From: Nocardioidaceae bacterium
GTDB lineage: Bacteria > Actinomycetota > Actinomycetes > Propionibacteriales > Nocardioidaceae
Direction: 5' to 3'
Assembly (NCBI GenBank): GCA_013697585.1
Contig: JACCWP010000026.1
Location: forward strand, 1 to 51,699
DNA length: 51,699 bases
A program made the translations under genes and the position numbers. The notes under the pieces were generated by a model. The model was given only the letters and a program-made list of their open reading frames with translations. It was not told where the DNA came from and searched no databases. Positions within the stretch are counted from its first letter, which is position 1; the number at the start of each line of letters is the position of its first letter. Positions 8,445 to 19,745 of this stretch are shown here, in pieces.

Positions 8445-9398
8445 TCAGAAGGCATAGGAGTGCAGGCCGCCGACGAACAGGTTGACGCCGACGAAGTTGA
8501 ACAGGAACGTCGCAAACCCGACGAGAGCGAGCACGGCGGCGCCCTTGCCGCGCCAGCCGGCGGTCGCGCGGGCGTGCAGATAGCCGGCATAGACCACGAA
8601 GGTGATGAACGCCCAGACCTCCTTGGGATCCCAGCCCCAGTAGCGTCCCCACGCGGCTTGCGCCCAGATCGGGCCGGCGATCAGCGCGGCGAACGTCCAG
8701 ACCGGGAACGCGAACGCGTGCACGCGGTATGCCAACCGGTCCATCGCCTCCGTCGCCGGCAGCCTGCCCAGGACGCCCCGCTGGCCCGAGCCTGGTGAGC
8801 GCCGCTCGGCCCGCTCCTTGACCAGGAAGGCGGCCGAGGCGCCGGCGCCCACCACGAACGCTCCACCTGCGAGCACGGCCGCGGCGACGTGCACCACCAG
8901 CCAGTACGAGTTCAGGGCGGGTACGACCGGCCCCGCAGGCACGTAGACGAGGATCGACAAGCCCAGCACGCTCACGCAGAACCCGGTCACGACTGACCCC
9001 AGCCAGCCGATGCCAGCCCGCGCCACCAGCACGAGGTAGACGAGGCAGACGACGAGCGCGCCAGTCACGGCGAACTCGTACATGTTCCCCCAGGGCGCCC
9101 GACCGGCCGCCAGCCCGCGAGCGAGCACTCCGGCGGCGAGCAGCGCGGCGCCGAGGACGGTGAGGGACAGCCCGATGCCGGCGAGCCGGTCGCTGCGGGA
9201 CGCCCCGTTCGCGGCGCGGGAGGCGGCAGTCGACGGTGTCGCTGACGGGACGGCTCCGACGTGCATGGGCTCGCGCGGTGTCGTCACCTCGCGGGCGAAC
9301 GCCCACTCGGCGAGGTAGGCAACGCAGCCCAGCGCGAGTGCGATGGCAGCGGACGCGACAGCCACGTTGGAGAGCTGGGCCAGGGCCTCGCTGTTCAC
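8445..9398 (-). CDS. ccsA: Cytochrome c biogenesis protein CcsA/ResC (heme handling)
   Basis: 317 aa polytopic protein with the Trp-rich heme motif WGRYWGWDPKEVWAFITF. A GTGA overlap joins it to the resB stop. Confidence 0.9.
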   Translation of the reverse strand: MNSEALAQLSNVAVASAAIALALGCVAYLAEWAFAREVTTPREPMHVGAVPSATPSTAASRAANGASRSDRLAGIGLSLTVLGAALLAAGVLARGLAAGRAPWGNMYEFAVTGALVVCLVYLVLVARAGIGWLGSVVTGFCVSVLGLSILVYVPAGPVVPALNSYWLVVHVAAAVLAGGAFVVGAGASAAFLVKERAERRSPGSGQRGVLGRLPATEAMDRLAYRVHAFAFPVWTFAALIAGPIWAQAAWGRYWGWDPKEVWAFITFVVYAGYLHARATAGWRGKGAAVLALVGFATFLFNFVGVNLFVGGLHSYAF

Positions 9399-11050
9399 TG
9401 GCTCGGGTCTCCTCTCTCGCGCAGCCGCGCCACGAAGTCGTCAAGGTCCGCGGCCAGGTCACCACCGGCCACCCGGTCCAGCCCTGCCACCTCGACCACC
9501 GTACGACCATCGTCGCGACGTGCGCGGACCCACGTCCGCCGGGGCCGGATGTACAGCGAGCCGAGCAGACCGGCCAGGGCGAGCACCAGCGAACCGAGTG
9601 GCAGCCAGGACAGCGGCGACGACGCGACCTGCAGCCGGGCGAACTCGCGGACACCGTCGAATCGGATGCTGCCGAGCCCGTCCGGGAGCCTCGCGGTGTC
9701 GCCCTCGCTGAGCAGCAGCCGCAGCGACTCGCCGTCGTCGCCCTGCACGACACTGAGCTGGTCCTTGTCGAGGGCATAGACCGACTGCGGCTCGCCGCCG
9801 TCGAGCCCGAGGTCGCCGGTCCAGACGAACAGCGACAGGGCCGGCTGCACCGCCTCGGGGAACACCGACACGGGCAGCCCCTCGGCATTGGTGCTCGCCC
9901 AGGGCAGGAAGAAGCCCTCGAAACCGAGCTGTTCCGGCTCAGCGTCGGGTGCCTTGACCACGCCCTGGCTGACATAGCTGGCGTCGGCGGGGAGGAAGGG
10001 CACCGGCCCGGAGGACGTCACGTCGCCGGCGCCATCGCGAACGGTCACCACGGGGGCGTAGCCGCTGCCGACCAGGAACAGCGACGTGCCGTCGACGGTC
10101 AGCGGCTCGTTGACCCGCATCGCGAAGTCGACCGGATCCTCACCTGGGCTGGGAACAACAGTGCCGGTCGCCTCGAACAGCTTGGGCTGACCGGCCTGCT
10201 CGGTGCCGGGCGGTTGGAACGACGCGGTCATCGTGGACAGCGCGAGGCTGAACGGGGGCAACGAGTCGGCGCCGGCGAGCGGCCCGGCCCGGAACTCGTC
10301 GTACTGCGTGAGGGTGTTGGAGAAACCTTGTCCCTCCACCACGATCACGCTGCCCCGATAGCCCCACAACGACCCGACCGCCACTCCCACCAGTACGCCG
10401 AAGAGGCTGACGTGGAAGAGCAGGTTGCCAGCCTCGCGCAGATAGCCCTTCTCGGCGCGGACAGCGTCGGGGTCGCGGTCGACGCGGAACCGCCGCTGAC
10501 CCAAGAGCTGGGCGGCCGAGCCCAGGACCGCGTCGGGCGACGCGTCGGTCTCGTACGTGACGTGCGCCGGCAGCCGATCGAGCCTGCTGGGGGTGCGGGG
10601 GGGTCGGGCGCGCAGGGCACGGGCGTAGGCCGCCGTGCGCGGGACGATGCAGCCGGCCAGCGACACCATCAGCAGCAGGTAGATCGCGGCGAACCACGGC
10701 GACGAATAGACCGAGAACAGGTCGAGCCGGTCGAGCCACGGGGTCAGGTCGGCGTGCTCGGAGCGAAAGCGCGCCACGGCCAGCGAGTCAACACCGCGCT
10801 GAGGCACCAGTGATCCGGGGATCGCGCCGAGCGCGAGCGCGAGCAGGAGCAGGAGGGCGGTGCGCATCGACGTGAGCTGGCGCCAGGCCCAGCGGGCGAG
10901 CTCGGAGGGAGCGAGCGCGGGTGGTCGGCCGGGCGCGTCGCGCTCGTGCCGACCGCCACCCGGAGGGGCGGGCACCTCCGACTTGTCAGCGTCAGCCGGG
11001 GCAACAGGCCGGTCTCGCGGTGACAGCTCGGGAACCCGGGGCTTCACCAC
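9395..11050 (-). CDS. resB: Cytochrome c biogenesis protein ResB/Ccs1
   Basis: 551 aa. An N-terminal TM segment (LTSMRTALLLLLALALGAIPGSLVPQRG) is followed by a large extracytoplasmic domain and a C-terminal TM. It abuts the ccdA stop (11051). Confidence 0.9.
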   Translation of the reverse strand: MVKPRVPELSPRDRPVAPADADKSEVPAPPGGGRHERDAPGRPPALAPSELARWAWRQLTSMRTALLLLLALALGAIPGSLVPQRGVDSLAVARFRSEHADLTPWLDRLDLFSVYSSPWFAAIYLLLMVSLAGCIVPRTAAYARALRARPPRTPSRLDRLPAHVTYETDASPDAVLGSAAQLLGQRRFRVDRDPDAVRAEKGYLREAGNLLFHVSLFGVLVGVAVGSLWGYRGSVIVVEGQGFSNTLTQYDEFRAGPLAGADSLPPFSLALSTMTASFQPPGTEQAGQPKLFEATGTVVPSPGEDPVDFAMRVNEPLTVDGTSLFLVGSGYAPVVTVRDGAGDVTSSGPVPFLPADASYVSQGVVKAPDAEPEQLGFEGFFLPWASTNAEGLPVSVFPEAVQPALSLFVWTGDLGLDGGEPQSVYALDKDQLSVVQGDDGESLRLLLSEGDTARLPDGLGSIRFDGVREFARLQVASSPLSWLPLGSLVLALAGLLGSLYIRPRRTWVRARRDDGRTVVEVAGLDRVAGGDLAADLDDFVARLRERGDPSQ

Positions 11051-11818
11051 TCAGACCACCGTGCTCACGACGGGCAACCAACCTTGCATCTCGCCGACCA
11101 GCCACTGCCAGCCGCCGCTCAGCAGCAGCACGCCCACCAGGACCAGCATCGCGCCGCCGCTCCTGGCGATCGCCAGCTGGTGCCGTCGCACCCACAGGGT
11201 GGCGCCAAGCATCCGGTGGAACGCCAACCCGGCAAGGACGAACGGGATGCCAAGCCCGAGGCAGTAGCACAAGGTGAGGAATGCGCCTCGGCCCGCGCTT
11301 GCCTGGTCGGCCGAGAGCGCAAGCACCGCAGTCAGTGTGGGGCCGATGCACGGCACCCAGCCCAGTCCGAACAGCACGCCGAGCAGCGGAGCCGCCGCGA
11401 TACCAACGTCGGGCACGCGATGCACGCGCAGGTCCCGCTGGGCGAACGGGACGAGGCCAGCGAACGCCAACCCCAGCAGGACGACCAGCGCGCCGAGCAC
11501 GATCTGGATCTCGCGCTGGTACGTCAGCAGCCAGGTGCCAGCGGCTCCGATCAGGGTGCCCAGCGAGACGTAGACGAACGAGAAGCCAAGCACGAACAAC
11601 CCGGTCCCCGCCAGCATCCGCCCCCGGCGACGAGGGCCACCGCTCGACCCGGTGTCCATCAGGTCGGCGCCGGACAGCCCGGTGACGTACGAGACATAGC
11701 CGGGCAGCAGCGGCACCACGCACGGGGAGAAGAAGCTCACCACTCCCGCCAGCAACGCCACCGGCACGGCGAGCAGCAGCGACCCGGAGTAGGCGGTGTC
11801 GCCGAACCACTCACCCAC
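11051..11818 (-). CDS. ccdA: Cytochrome c biogenesis thiol-disulfide transporter CcdA (DsbD-like)
   Basis: [13 protein letters not shown] motif in a polytopic protein. I prefer GTG at 11818 (VGEWFGD..., an 8-nt overlap with the resA stop) over the ORF-track start 11905, which overlaps the resA C-terminus out of frame. Confidence 0.85.
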   Translation of the reverse strand: MGEWFGDTAYSGSLLLAVPVALLAGVVSFFSPCVVPLLPGYVSYVTGLSGADLMDTGSSGGPRRRGRMLAGTGLFVLGFSFVYVSLGTLIGAAGTWLLTYQREIQIVLGALVVLLGLAFAGLVPFAQRDLRVHRVPDVGIAAAPLLGVLFGLGWVPCIGPTLTAVLALSADQASAGRGAFLTLCYCLGLGIPFVLAGLAFHRMLGATLWVRRHQLAIARSGGAMLVLVGVLLLSGGWQWLVGEMQGWLPVVSTVV

Positions 11819-12389
11819 CGGTGCCCACCTCGTCGACCACGTCGACCACGTCGACGAGCGTCTGCGCCGACTGCGGCCCGAGGAGCCGGGCCGCGACCCG
11901 GCCATCGGCGTCGATCACGTACGTCGTGGGAACGGCGACGGCGGGAAGATCGCCACGGAAACCGAGCAGCTGGCTGCTCGTGGGGTCGGCGATGCTCGGC
12001 CAGGTGATGCCGAAGGTCTCCACGAACTGCGCCGCTCCGTCGGGGTCGTCGCGGATGTTGATACCCAGGAACTGCACCTCGTCGCCACGCAGCTCTCGCT
12101 CCGCGGTGACCAGGTCGGGGGCCTCCTCCCGGCACGGGCTGCACTGGGCGAACCAGACGTTGAGCAGGACCGTCTGACCCGCATAGTCGTCGAGCGAGAC
12201 CTGCTCCCCGTCGAGCGACTCACCCGCCACCGGTGGCGCATCGGGGCGCTCGGACTCCGGGACCACGGTGATCCCATAGTCACCCTGCACGTAGCCGCCC
12301 GAGGCTCGCTCGGCGCTCGTACCGGCGGTGCAGCCAGCAAGCAGTGCTGCCGCCAGTGCAGTCGCAATGAGCAGTCGAGCCACACTCAT
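11811..12389 (-). CDS. TlpA/ResA-type thioredoxin-like lipoprotein
   Basis: The start [20 protein letters not shown] carries a lipobox. An ATGA overlap joins it to the upstream gene's stop at 12386. The CxxC site is [11 protein letters not shown]. The ORF-track start (12566) is over-extended. Confidence 0.85.
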   Translation of the reverse strand: MSVARLLIATALAAALLAGCTAGTSAERASGGYVQGDYGITVVPESERPDAPPVAGESLDGEQVSLDDYAGQTVLLNVWFAQCSPCREEAPDLVTAERELRGDEVQFLGINIRDDPDGAAQFVETFGITWPSIADPTSSQLLGFRGDLPAVAVPTTYVIDADGRVAARLLGPQSAQTLVDVVDVVDEVGTGG

Positions 12390-13045
12390 GCACCGAACTG
12401 CTGATCGTCGGCGGGCACCAGCAGGTCGGCTGCCGGCTCGGAGTAGGCCACCGTCTGCAGCAGGTCGTCTGCGTACGTGAGCGACGTGACGCTGGCGAGC
12501 GCGCACTGGCGGCGGCGCGGGTCGTGCAGGTAGCGGCGACCCTCGACCGCGCAGCGGGCGATCCACACGGGCAGCTGGTGGGACACGATGACTGCCTCGT
12601 GCCCGCGAGCGGCGTCCCGGGCGTCGGCCGCGGCAGCGAGCACCCGCGCGGCGATCTGCGCATAGGGCTCACCCCACGAGGGCCGCCACGGGTTGCGCAG
12701 TCGCCACCACACGGCGGGGTGCCTCAACACGCCGTCGCCGACACCGAACGTCTCGCCCTCGAACTGGTTGCCGGCCTCGATCACCCGCTCGTCGATCACC
12801 GGCGCGACCCCAAATGCCTCGGCGGTCGGCGCTGCGGTCTCCTGCGCGCGCTCCATCGGCGACGACACCAGATGGGTGATGTCGCGTCCGCCGAACCAGG
12901 CAGCGGCCCGCGCGGCCATCTGCACGCCGAGCTCGGACAGGTGGTAGCCAGGGAGCCGGCCGTAGAGGATCCCGGCTGGGTTGTGCACCTCACCGTGGCG
13001 CAAGAGGTGCACGACGGTGACGATCTGGTCGGGGCTGATGGTCAT
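12386..13045 (-). CDS. Histidine phosphatase (phosphoglycerate mutase) family protein
   Basis: Start [19 protein letters not shown] carries the RHG catalytic motif. An ATGA overlap joins it to the hemL stop (13042-13045). It occupies the Rv0525-like position. Confidence 0.85.
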   Translation of the reverse strand: MTISPDQIVTVVHLLRHGEVHNPAGILYGRLPGYHLSELGVQMAARAAAWFGGRDITHLVSSPMERAQETAAPTAEAFGVAPVIDERVIEAGNQFEGETFGVGDGVLRHPAVWWRLRNPWRPSWGEPYAQIAARVLAAAADARDAARGHEAVIVSHQLPVWIARCAVEGRRYLHDPRRRQCALASVTSLTYADDLLQTVAYSEPAADLLVPADDQQFGA

Positions 13046-14505
13046 CGCAGTCCCCCGGCGGTCTCCGGCCTGGCTGCGGCGGCCGCGCGTGCGGCGTGCG
13101 GCAGTGCGCTCGCTACTCGATCGAGGGCCGCGTCGTCGTGCGCGGCGCCCACGAACCACGCCTCGAACGCGCTCGGGGGCAGTGACACACCGTGGGCGAG
13201 CATCGCGTGGAAGAAGGCTCGGAACCGATGCAGGGCTTGCTTCTGCGCGCCGGCGAAGTCGCGAACGGGCTCGCCGGGCCGCCCGCCCGTCGCCTCGTCG
13301 ACGAATGCCGCGTCCTCGACGAAGAAAGTGCTGAGCAGGTTGCCCGCCCACTGCGTGACGTGCGGCACGCCCTCGGCGTCCAGCGCCTTGTCGACCAGAG
13401 TCCCGAGAGCGGTTGATGTGCGGTCGAGCTGCGCATAGACGTCGTCGGTGGCCAGGCCCAGGGTGGTGAGCCCGGCAGTGGTGGCGACGGGGTTGCCGGA
13501 CAGGGTGCCGGCCTGATAGATCGGACCCTCGGGGGCGAGCTGCGCCATCACGTCGGCCCGGCCGCCGAACGCCGCCGCGGGAAAGCCTCCGCCCAGCACC
13601 TTGCCGAACGTCACCAGGTCGGGCTGCCAGCCCTCGACGGCACCGTCCAGCCCCCACCAGCCCGACCGGTGCACACGAAAGCCCGTCATGACCTCGTCAC
13701 TGATCAGCATGGCCCCGTACCGCCGGCAGGTCTCGGCCAGGAACTGGTTGAACCCCGCGTCCGGAGGGATCGCGCCCATGTTGCCGCACGCGGCCTCGGT
13801 GATCAGGCAGGCGATTCGTTCCCCGTGCACGGCGAACGCTTCGGCCACCGCGACGCGGTCGTTGTAGGCCAGCACCAGCGTCGCCGCCGCCGCCGCGGCC
13901 GGCACACCCGGCGTGCCAGGCAGCGCGAAGGTCGCGGCGCCGGAGCCGGCCGAGGCGAGCAGCGCGTCGACATGCCCGTGGTAGCAGCCGGCGAACTTCA
14001 CGATCAGGTCCCGCCCGGTCACCCCCCGGGCAAGCCGAACGGCGGACATGGTCGCTTCTGTGCCCGACGACACGAGCCGAACCTGCTCGACCGAGGTGCG
14101 CGCCACGACCGCCTCGGCGAGCTCGACCTCGACCTGCGTAGGTGCGCCGTAGGTGGTGCCGGCGCCGGCCGCCCTGGTGATCGCGTCTATCACCTCGGGT
14201 CGCGCGTGGCCAAGCAGCAGCGCACCCCACGAAGACACCAGGTCGACGTAGTCGCGACCGTCGGCATCCGTGACATAAGGCCCGCGGCCTGCGGTGAGGA
14301 AGCGCGGCGTGCCTCCGACCGCTCGGTAGGCCCGGACGGGGGAGTTGACCCCGCCGGGCGTGACGGCCCGTGCCCGCCCCAGCAGGGCCGCCGACACAGG
14401 TGCGTCGTACGGGTAGGGCAGGCCCGAGGAGATCACCGGGCCATTGTCACTGACGGTCCTGCGGCGCCGCGAGCGCCCGACCTGCCCGGCTCCGAAGGTT
14501 CGCAA
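13042..14505 (-). CDS. hemL: Glutamate-1-semialdehyde 2,1-aminomutase
   Basis: [17 protein letters not shown] and a class-III aminotransferase body. The start is uncertain: the longest ORF is given, and an internal GTG ([11 protein letters not shown]...) would give a more typical length. Confidence 0.93.
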   Translation of the reverse strand: MRTFGAGQVGRSRRRRTVSDNGPVISSGLPYPYDAPVSAALLGRARAVTPGGVNSPVRAYRAVGGTPRFLTAGRGPYVTDADGRDYVDLVSSWGALLLGHARPEVIDAITRAAGAGTTYGAPTQVEVELAEAVVARTSVEQVRLVSSGTEATMSAVRLARGVTGRDLIVKFAGCYHGHVDALLASAGSGAATFALPGTPGVPAAAAAATLVLAYNDRVAVAEAFAVHGERIACLITEAACGNMGAIPPDAGFNQFLAETCRRYGAMLISDEVMTGFRVHRSGWWGLDGAVEGWQPDLVTFGKVLGGGFPAAAFGGRADVMAQLAPEGPIYQAGTLSGNPVATTAGLTTLGLATDDVYAQLDRTSTALGTLVDKALDAEGVPHVTQWAGNLLSTFFVEDAAFVDEATGGRPGEPVRDFAGAQKQALHRFRAFFHAMLAHGVSLPPSAFEAWFVGAAHDDAALDRVASALPHAARAAAAARPETAGGLR

Positions 14506-14658
14506 TCACATGGTGGGCAAGGCAATCACGATCGCTCCGACTGTCGGTGGACCAGGGGCCCCTGCCGGGGTCGGCAAGGTCCGGACATGGTCGCGACGTG
14601 GGTGTGCGTCTGCTGTTCGTGCTCAGCTGCGGCCGGCCCTGACCCGGCGCGCGTGGGC

Positions 14659-15633
14659 TCAGCGCAGCCAGCCGGCGGCCTCGGTTGCCCAGTACGTCAG
14701 CACCACGTCGGCACCGGCCCGCCGGATCGAGGTGAGCGTCTCGACGATGGCGCGCCGTCGGTCGATCCAGCCGTTGGCCGCCGCCGCCTCGACCATCGCG
14801 TACTCCCCCGACACGCAGTAGGCCGCCACCGGCACGCTCACGTGGGAGCGGATCAGCGAGACCAGGTCTAGATAGCCGAGCGCGGGCTTCACCATCACCG
14901 CGTCCGCGCCCTCGCCGACGTCGAGCAGCGCCTCGCGCAGCGCTTCGCGCGCGTTGGCCGGGTCCTGCTGGTAGGCACGTCGATCACCCACCAGTGACGA
15001 GTCGACCGCTTCACGGAACGGGCCGTAGAACGCGGACGCGTACTTCGCCGAGTAGGCGAGGATGCCCGTGTCCAGCCAGCCGGTGGCGTCCAGTGCGGCG
15101 CGGACGTGCCCGACCTGGCCGTCCATCATCCCGCTGGGACCAACCATGGCGACCCCGGCCTCGGCGTGCACGACCGCCATCTGCGCGTACGCCTCCAGCG
15201 TCGCGTCGTTGTTGACGCGTCCGTGGGCGTCGAGCACACCGCAGTGGCCGTGGTCGGTGAACTCGTCGAGGCACAGGTCGCTCATCACGACCAGCGCGTC
15301 ACCGGCCTCTGTGATCGCGTTTCCGATGGCTGCCGGGAGCACCCCGTCGGGGTCGAGAGCCGCGCTGCCGGTTGCGTCCTTGTGCTCGGGTATGCCGAAC
15401 AGCAGCACCCCTCCGACGCCGGCTTCGGCTGCCGACGCGACCGCCGTGCGCAGGCTCTCGAGGGAGTGCTGCACCACGCCGGGCATGCTGGTCACCGGCA
15501 CCGGTTCGGTGGCGCCTTCCTTGACGAGGAGCGGTTGCACCAGCTGTCGCGGGCGCACCGACGTCTCGGCGACCAGGTCGCGTACCGCGGCCGAGACCCG
15601 CAGCCGCCGCGGACGCGCCGACGGGTAGCCCAT
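14659..15633 (-). CDS. hemB: Porphobilinogen synthase (ALA dehydratase)
   Basis: 324 aa starting [12 protein letters not shown]. The rest reads as typical HemB, including [17 protein letters not shown] and [11 protein letters not shown]. Confidence 0.95.
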   Translation of the reverse strand: MGYPSARPRRLRVSAAVRDLVAETSVRPRQLVQPLLVKEGATEPVPVTSMPGVVQHSLESLRTAVASAAEAGVGGVLLFGIPEHKDATGSAALDPDGVLPAAIGNAITEAGDALVVMSDLCLDEFTDHGHCGVLDAHGRVNNDATLEAYAQMAVVHAEAGVAMVGPSGMMDGQVGHVRAALDATGWLDTGILAYSAKYASAFYGPFREAVDSSLVGDRRAYQQDPANAREALREALLDVGEGADAVMVKPALGYLDLVSLIRSHVSVPVAAYCVSGEYAMVEAAAANGWIDRRRAIVETLTSIRRAGADVVLTYWATEAAGWLR

Positions 15634-15634
15634 C

Positions 15635-17311
15635 TCAGGTGGCCTTGCGCCTCGCGGTCGGGCGCAGCTGCGAGGGTCGGGCCACTGGGTCGCCCGCCTC
15701 CAGGAACCCGACCCGACGCTGCGCGCCGAAGTCGGCCAGCGCGTCGGCGAGCACCGCGGCCGAGGGCGAATCGGCCAGCACGTCGACTCGCAGCCCGTGC
15801 TCCTCGGCGGTCTTGGCCGTGGCTGGGCCGATGCAGGCGATCACCGTCGAGGGATGCGGCTTGCCGGCGATGCCGACCAGGTTGCGCACCGTCGAGGACG
15901 ACGTGAAGACGACGGCATCGAAGCTGCCTGCCTTGATCGCCTCGCGGGTCGCCGCCGGAGGCGGGGCCGCCCGCACCGTCCGATAGGCGGTGACGTCCTC
16001 GACCTCCCAGCCGAGCTCCTGCAGGCCGGCCACCAGCGTCTCAGTGGCGATGTCGGCCCGCGGCAGGAACACCCGGTTGATCGGGTCGAGCAGGTCGTCG
16101 AACGGCGGCCAGTCGGCCAGCAGCCCCGCCGCCGACTGCTCACCCGACGGCACGAGGTCAGGCTTGATGCCCCAGGTCGCGATGGCCTGCGCGGTACTCT
16201 CACCGACGGCGGCGATCTTGAGCCCCGAGAAGGCGCGCGCGTCGAGCCCGTACTCCTCGAACTTCTCGCGCACCGCGCGCACGGCGTTGACCGAAGTGAA
16301 CCCGATCCACTCGTAGCGGCCTTCGACCAAGCCGCGGATGGCCTTGACCATCTGCTGCGGGTTCCTCGGTGCCTCGACCGAGATCGTGGGTACCTCTTCG
16401 GGCACCGCGCCGTGGGTGCGGAGCCGGGCCATCAGGGGGCCGGCCTGCTCCTTGGTCCGTGGCACCAACACCTGCCAGCCGAACAGCGGCTTGGTCTCGA
16501 ACCAGTCCAGCTGCTCGCGCAGGCCCACGACCTCGCCGACCACCGTGACGCCGCTGCCTGCCATCTCGGAGGCCGCGACGTCCGTGGCGATCCGGTCCAG
16601 CGTGGACACCACCGTGGACTGCGCGGTTGTCGTTCCCACCCGGGTGATCGCAGCTGGGGTGTCGCCGCAGCGGCCGGCGGCGACCAGGGCTGCGGCCACC
16701 GCGTCGATCGACCGCACGTCGCCGACCAGCACCAGGGTCTGGTCGGTGGCGTACAGCGACCAGTCGATCTTGTTCTGGCCGACGTGGACGATGGCGACCT
16801 CGCCCTGCGTACGGGTGGTGAGGGGCACTCCCGCGTAGGCCGCGACCGCGGTCGCGGACGAGACGCCGGGCACGACCTCGAATGCGACGCCAGCCTTGAC
16901 GCAGGCGAGCGCTTCCTCAGGACCGCTCGCGTCGAGCCACGGATCACCGGTCAGCAGCCGGACGACCAGACCCGCGCTCTTGGCCTGCTTGACGACGAGG
17001 CGGCCACGGGCGGCGTGGGTCATGCGGGCGCCCGTGTCGGTTCGCCCGCCGTCGACGACCAGCGGCGACTCCGGCCGGTCGGGGACCCCGCTGGCGTCGG
17101 CGTCGGCGAGCACGCCGTTGACCAGCGCCCGGTGGTCGGGGGACTCGACGACGATGACGTCGGCGGCGCGGATCAGCTCCACGGCCCGCACGGTCAACAG
17201 GCCCGGGTCACCGGGGCCGGTGCCGACAAAGCTGACCCGGCCCAGTCGCCTGGCGGGCTTGGCCGACCGGGCGGTCGAGCTGGTGGTACGGACGGAACGG
17301 GTGCTGGTCAC
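15635..17311 (-). CDS. hemD: Bifunctional uroporphyrinogen-III C-methyltransferase / uroporphyrinogen-III synthase
   Basis: GTG at 17311 is preceded by GAGAAGGA. The N-terminal half ([18 protein letters not shown]) is a SAM tetrapyrrole methylase. The C-terminal half ([18 protein letters not shown]...) is HemD, as in Mtb Rv0511. The ORF-track start (17536) overlaps hemC. Confidence 0.9.
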   Translation of the reverse strand: MTSTRSVRTTSSTARSAKPARRLGRVSFVGTGPGDPGLLTVRAVELIRAADVIVVESPDHRALVNGVLADADASGVPDRPESPLVVDGGRTDTGARMTHAARGRLVVKQAKSAGLVVRLLTGDPWLDASGPEEALACVKAGVAFEVVPGVSSATAVAAYAGVPLTTRTQGEVAIVHVGQNKIDWSLYATDQTLVLVGDVRSIDAVAAALVAAGRCGDTPAAITRVGTTTAQSTVVSTLDRIATDVAASEMAGSGVTVVGEVVGLREQLDWFETKPLFGWQVLVPRTKEQAGPLMARLRTHGAVPEEVPTISVEAPRNPQQMVKAIRGLVEGRYEWIGFTSVNAVRAVREKFEEYGLDARAFSGLKIAAVGESTAQAIATWGIKPDLVPSGEQSAAGLLADWPPFDDLLDPINRVFLPRADIATETLVAGLQELGWEVEDVTAYRTVRAAPPPAATREAIKAGSFDAVVFTSSSTVRNLVGIAGKPHPSTVIACIGPATAKTAEEHGLRVDVLADSPSAAVLADALADFGAQRRVGFLEAGDPVARPSQLRPTARRKAT

Positions 17312-17370
17312 GGCGTCCTTCTCGGTTGGTGTCCGACGATCGGTGGTGTGGGGAGGAGTACGCGCGGCGC

Positions 17371-18402
17371 TCACGGCTGGACCGCCTTGGCAGCGTCGAT
17401 GAGCTCGGCGGCGCCGCGTTCGAGCATCTCGGTGGCCAGCAGCCGACCCACCGCAGTCGGCTCGGTGACGCCGCCGGTGGCAGACAGTCGCAGCAGCGGA
17501 GCGCCAGCAGGTGCCACGACCACACCCCGCAGCCACAGCTCGTCGGGAGCCCAGCCGTCGTCACCGCCAGCACCGCCGCTGGCGTCGACGGCGGCGTCGG
17601 CAGCGGTGGTCCAGGTGAGCTCGGCGAGGGCGCCCACCGGGGCGGAGCACCCCGCCTCGACCGCCGCGAGGAAGGCCCGCTCGGCGGTCACGGCGGTCCG
17701 CGACGCGTCGTCGTCGAGGGCGCTGCGCACGTCGGCTGCGATCGGGTCGCCAGCCCTGACCTCGACCGCCAGCGCACCCTGCCCGGGGGCGGGCAGCATC
17801 AGCAGCGGGTCGAGCACCTCGCTCACCTCGTCGAGCCGGCCCAGCCTGGCCAGTCCCGCCCGCGCCAGGACGACGGCGTCGAGGCCGCCCGCTGCCTCGT
17901 CCGCACCGACCCGACCGAGCCTGGTGTCGACGTTTCCGCGCAGGTCGACCACGTCGAGCCCGAGGCCGAGAGCCCGCAGCTGGGCGGCTCGCCGGGGTGA
18001 GCCGGTGCCGACGGTGCTGCCCGGCGGCAGCTCGCCGAGGCTCAGACCGTCGCGAGCCACGACGACGTCGCGCGGGTCCTCGCGCGGCGGCACCGCAGCC
18101 AGTTCGATGCCTTCGGCAGGCGCGGTTGGCAGGTCCTTGAGCGAGTGCACCGCGACGTCAACGGTTCCGGCTGCCAGCGCCGAGCGCAGCGCCGACACGA
18201 ACACGCCTTGTCCGCCGATCTCGGCGAGCGGTGCACGGTCGACGTCGCCGCGGGTGGTGACTTCGACGACCTCGATCCGGACGCCGGTAACGGCATGGAG
18301 ACGGGCGGCGACGGCCTCGCTCTGCGCCCGGGCGAGCCGGCTCGCGCGGGTCCCGACCTTCAGCGTTGTGGCCATCGTGGACGCGGGAGCGTGGGCGGTC
18401 AC
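17371..18402 (-). CDS. hemC: Hydroxymethylbilane synthase (porphobilinogen deaminase)
   Basis: LKVGTRASRLARAQSE... The candidate GTG at 18402 forms a GTGA overlap with the hemA stop. An alternative ATG at 18375 (MATTLKVGTR) is possible. The ORF-track start (19005) is over-extended. Confidence 0.93.
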   Translation of the reverse strand: MTAHAPASTMATTLKVGTRASRLARAQSEAVAARLHAVTGVRIEVVEVTTRGDVDRAPLAEIGGQGVFVSALRSALAAGTVDVAVHSLKDLPTAPAEGIELAAVPPREDPRDVVVARDGLSLGELPPGSTVGTGSPRRAAQLRALGLGLDVVDLRGNVDTRLGRVGADEAAGGLDAVVLARAGLARLGRLDEVSEVLDPLLMLPAPGQGALAVEVRAGDPIAADVRSALDDDASRTAVTAERAFLAAVEAGCSAPVGALAELTWTTAADAAVDASGGAGGDDGWAPDELWLRGVVVAPAGAPLLRLSATGGVTEPTAVGRLLATEMLERGAAELIDAAKAVQP

Positions 18403-19745
18403 GGGGTCACCTCGCCGGGATCGGCTGCGTCGACCGAGGCGCGGGTGACCGCGTCCGCCGCGCCGGACGGCAGGGAGAACAGCTCGGCCAGCACCTCGGC
18501 ATAGGACAGACCGGCCGGCTGGCCGGTGAGCTCCTTGATCCGAGTGGTCGGCGCGTGCAGGAGCTTGCCGGCGACCCGGCGCACCGTCTGCTCGAGCTCG
18601 GCGCGCACCTGCTCGTCGGCGGTGGGCAGCCGCGACCAGAGCCGGGCCAGCTCTGAGTCGACGACGTCGGTCGCCATCGAGCGCAACGCCACCACGGTCG
18701 GGGTGGCATAGGCCGCGCTGCGGGCGCCGACGAACGCGGCGACCTCTTCGGCCACGATGCCGCGCACGTGGGTGATGTCTGCCGCCGAGTCGCCGGACGC
18801 GAGATCGCCGGCCAGCGCCGCCAACCCGGTGTAGTGCACTCGCGGGTCGGCGGCGACCGCGGGGTCGACGTCGTGCGGCAGCGCCAGGTCGACCACGGCG
18901 AGCCGGGGGTCGGCGCCTCCCGGAGCACGCGTGCCCGTCCGGTCGGTCAGGGCCGGCGCCAGGTCGACAGCCCGCACGACCACCCCGGTGGCACCTGTGC
19001 AGCACACGACAAGATCGGCCTGCCGGGCCTGCGAGCCCAACGTCGACAGCTCAGCCGAGCGACCGCCCACACCGGCCGCCAGCCGCTGCGCGCCGGCGGG
19101 CGAGCGGTTGAGCACGGTGATCGTGGCCGCCCCCCTGCGGGCGAGATGGGCCACCGCGAGCCCCGCCATCGCGCCTGCCCCGACGACGAGCGCCCGGGCG
19201 CCGCGCACGCTCATGCCCTGCCGCGAGACCCGGTCGAGGGCCGCCGAGACGAGGGACGGACCGGCCCGGTCGATGTTGGTCTCGGCGTGGCTGCGCTTGC
19301 CCACCCGAAGCGCCTGTTGGAACGCAGCGTTGAGGGCAGGTCCGACGGTGCCCTCGTGCTGCCCGCGAACCAGTGCGGCGCGTACCTGACCCAGGATCTG
19401 GCTCTCACCCACCACCATCGAGTCCAGGCCGGCCGCCACCGTGAACAGGTGCGCGAGCGCACCCTCGTCGTAGTGCACGTAGAGGTGGCGAACAACCTCG
19501 TCGCGGTCGCCCGCGGCCAGGTCGCACAGCAGCCCAGAGACATCCTCCACGCTGCCGTGGAAGCGGTCGACCTCGGCATAGACCTCGACCCGGTTGCACG
19601 TGCAGACGACGACGGCCGCTGCGACATGCTCGGTCTCCGCCACCGCGCGCGCCAGCTTCGCCGCCCCTTCCGCGTCGACTGCCAGGGTCTCGAGGACCGC
19701 AACCGGCGCGCTCTGGTGGGAGATCCCCACGCACAGGATGCTCAC
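18399..19745 (-). CDS. hemA: Glutamyl-tRNA reductase
   Basis: 448 aa starting MSILCVGISHQSAPVAVLE, with TCNRVEVY. A GTGA overlap joins it to the rex stop (19742-19745). Confidence 0.95.
   Translation of the reverse strand: MSILCVGISHQSAPVAVLETLAVDAEGAAKLARAVAETEHVAAAVVVCTCNRVEVYAEVDRFHGSVEDVSGLLCDLAAGDRDEVVRHLYVHYDEGALAHLFTVAAGLDSMVVGESQILGQVRAALVRGQHEGTVGPALNAAFQQALRVGKRSHAETNIDRAGPSLVSAALDRVSRQGMSVRGARALVVGAGAMAGLAVAHLARRGAATITVLNRSPAGAQRLAAGVGGRSAELSTLGSQARQADLVVCCTGATGVVVRAVDLAPALTDRTGTRAPGGADPRLAVVDLALPHDVDPAVAADPRVHYTGLAALAGDLASGDSAADITHVRGIVAEEVAAFVGARSAAYATPTVVALRSMATDVVDSELARLWSRLPTADEQVRAELEQTVRRVAGKLLHAPTTRIKELTGQPAGLSYAEVLAELFSLPSGAADAVTRASVDAADPGEVTP

Noticed and set aside
8161-9975. 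604-aa Arg-rich ORF on the - strand
   Set aside because: It is an out-of-frame overlap with ccsA and resB, which have clear family motifs in their own frames.
14553-14564. 12-bp perfect palindrome CAGGGGCCCCTG in the hemB-hemL gap
   Set aside because: GC-only palindromes of this size are expected by chance in DNA of this composition. It has no loop and no flanking U-tract, and I recognise no binding motif in it.
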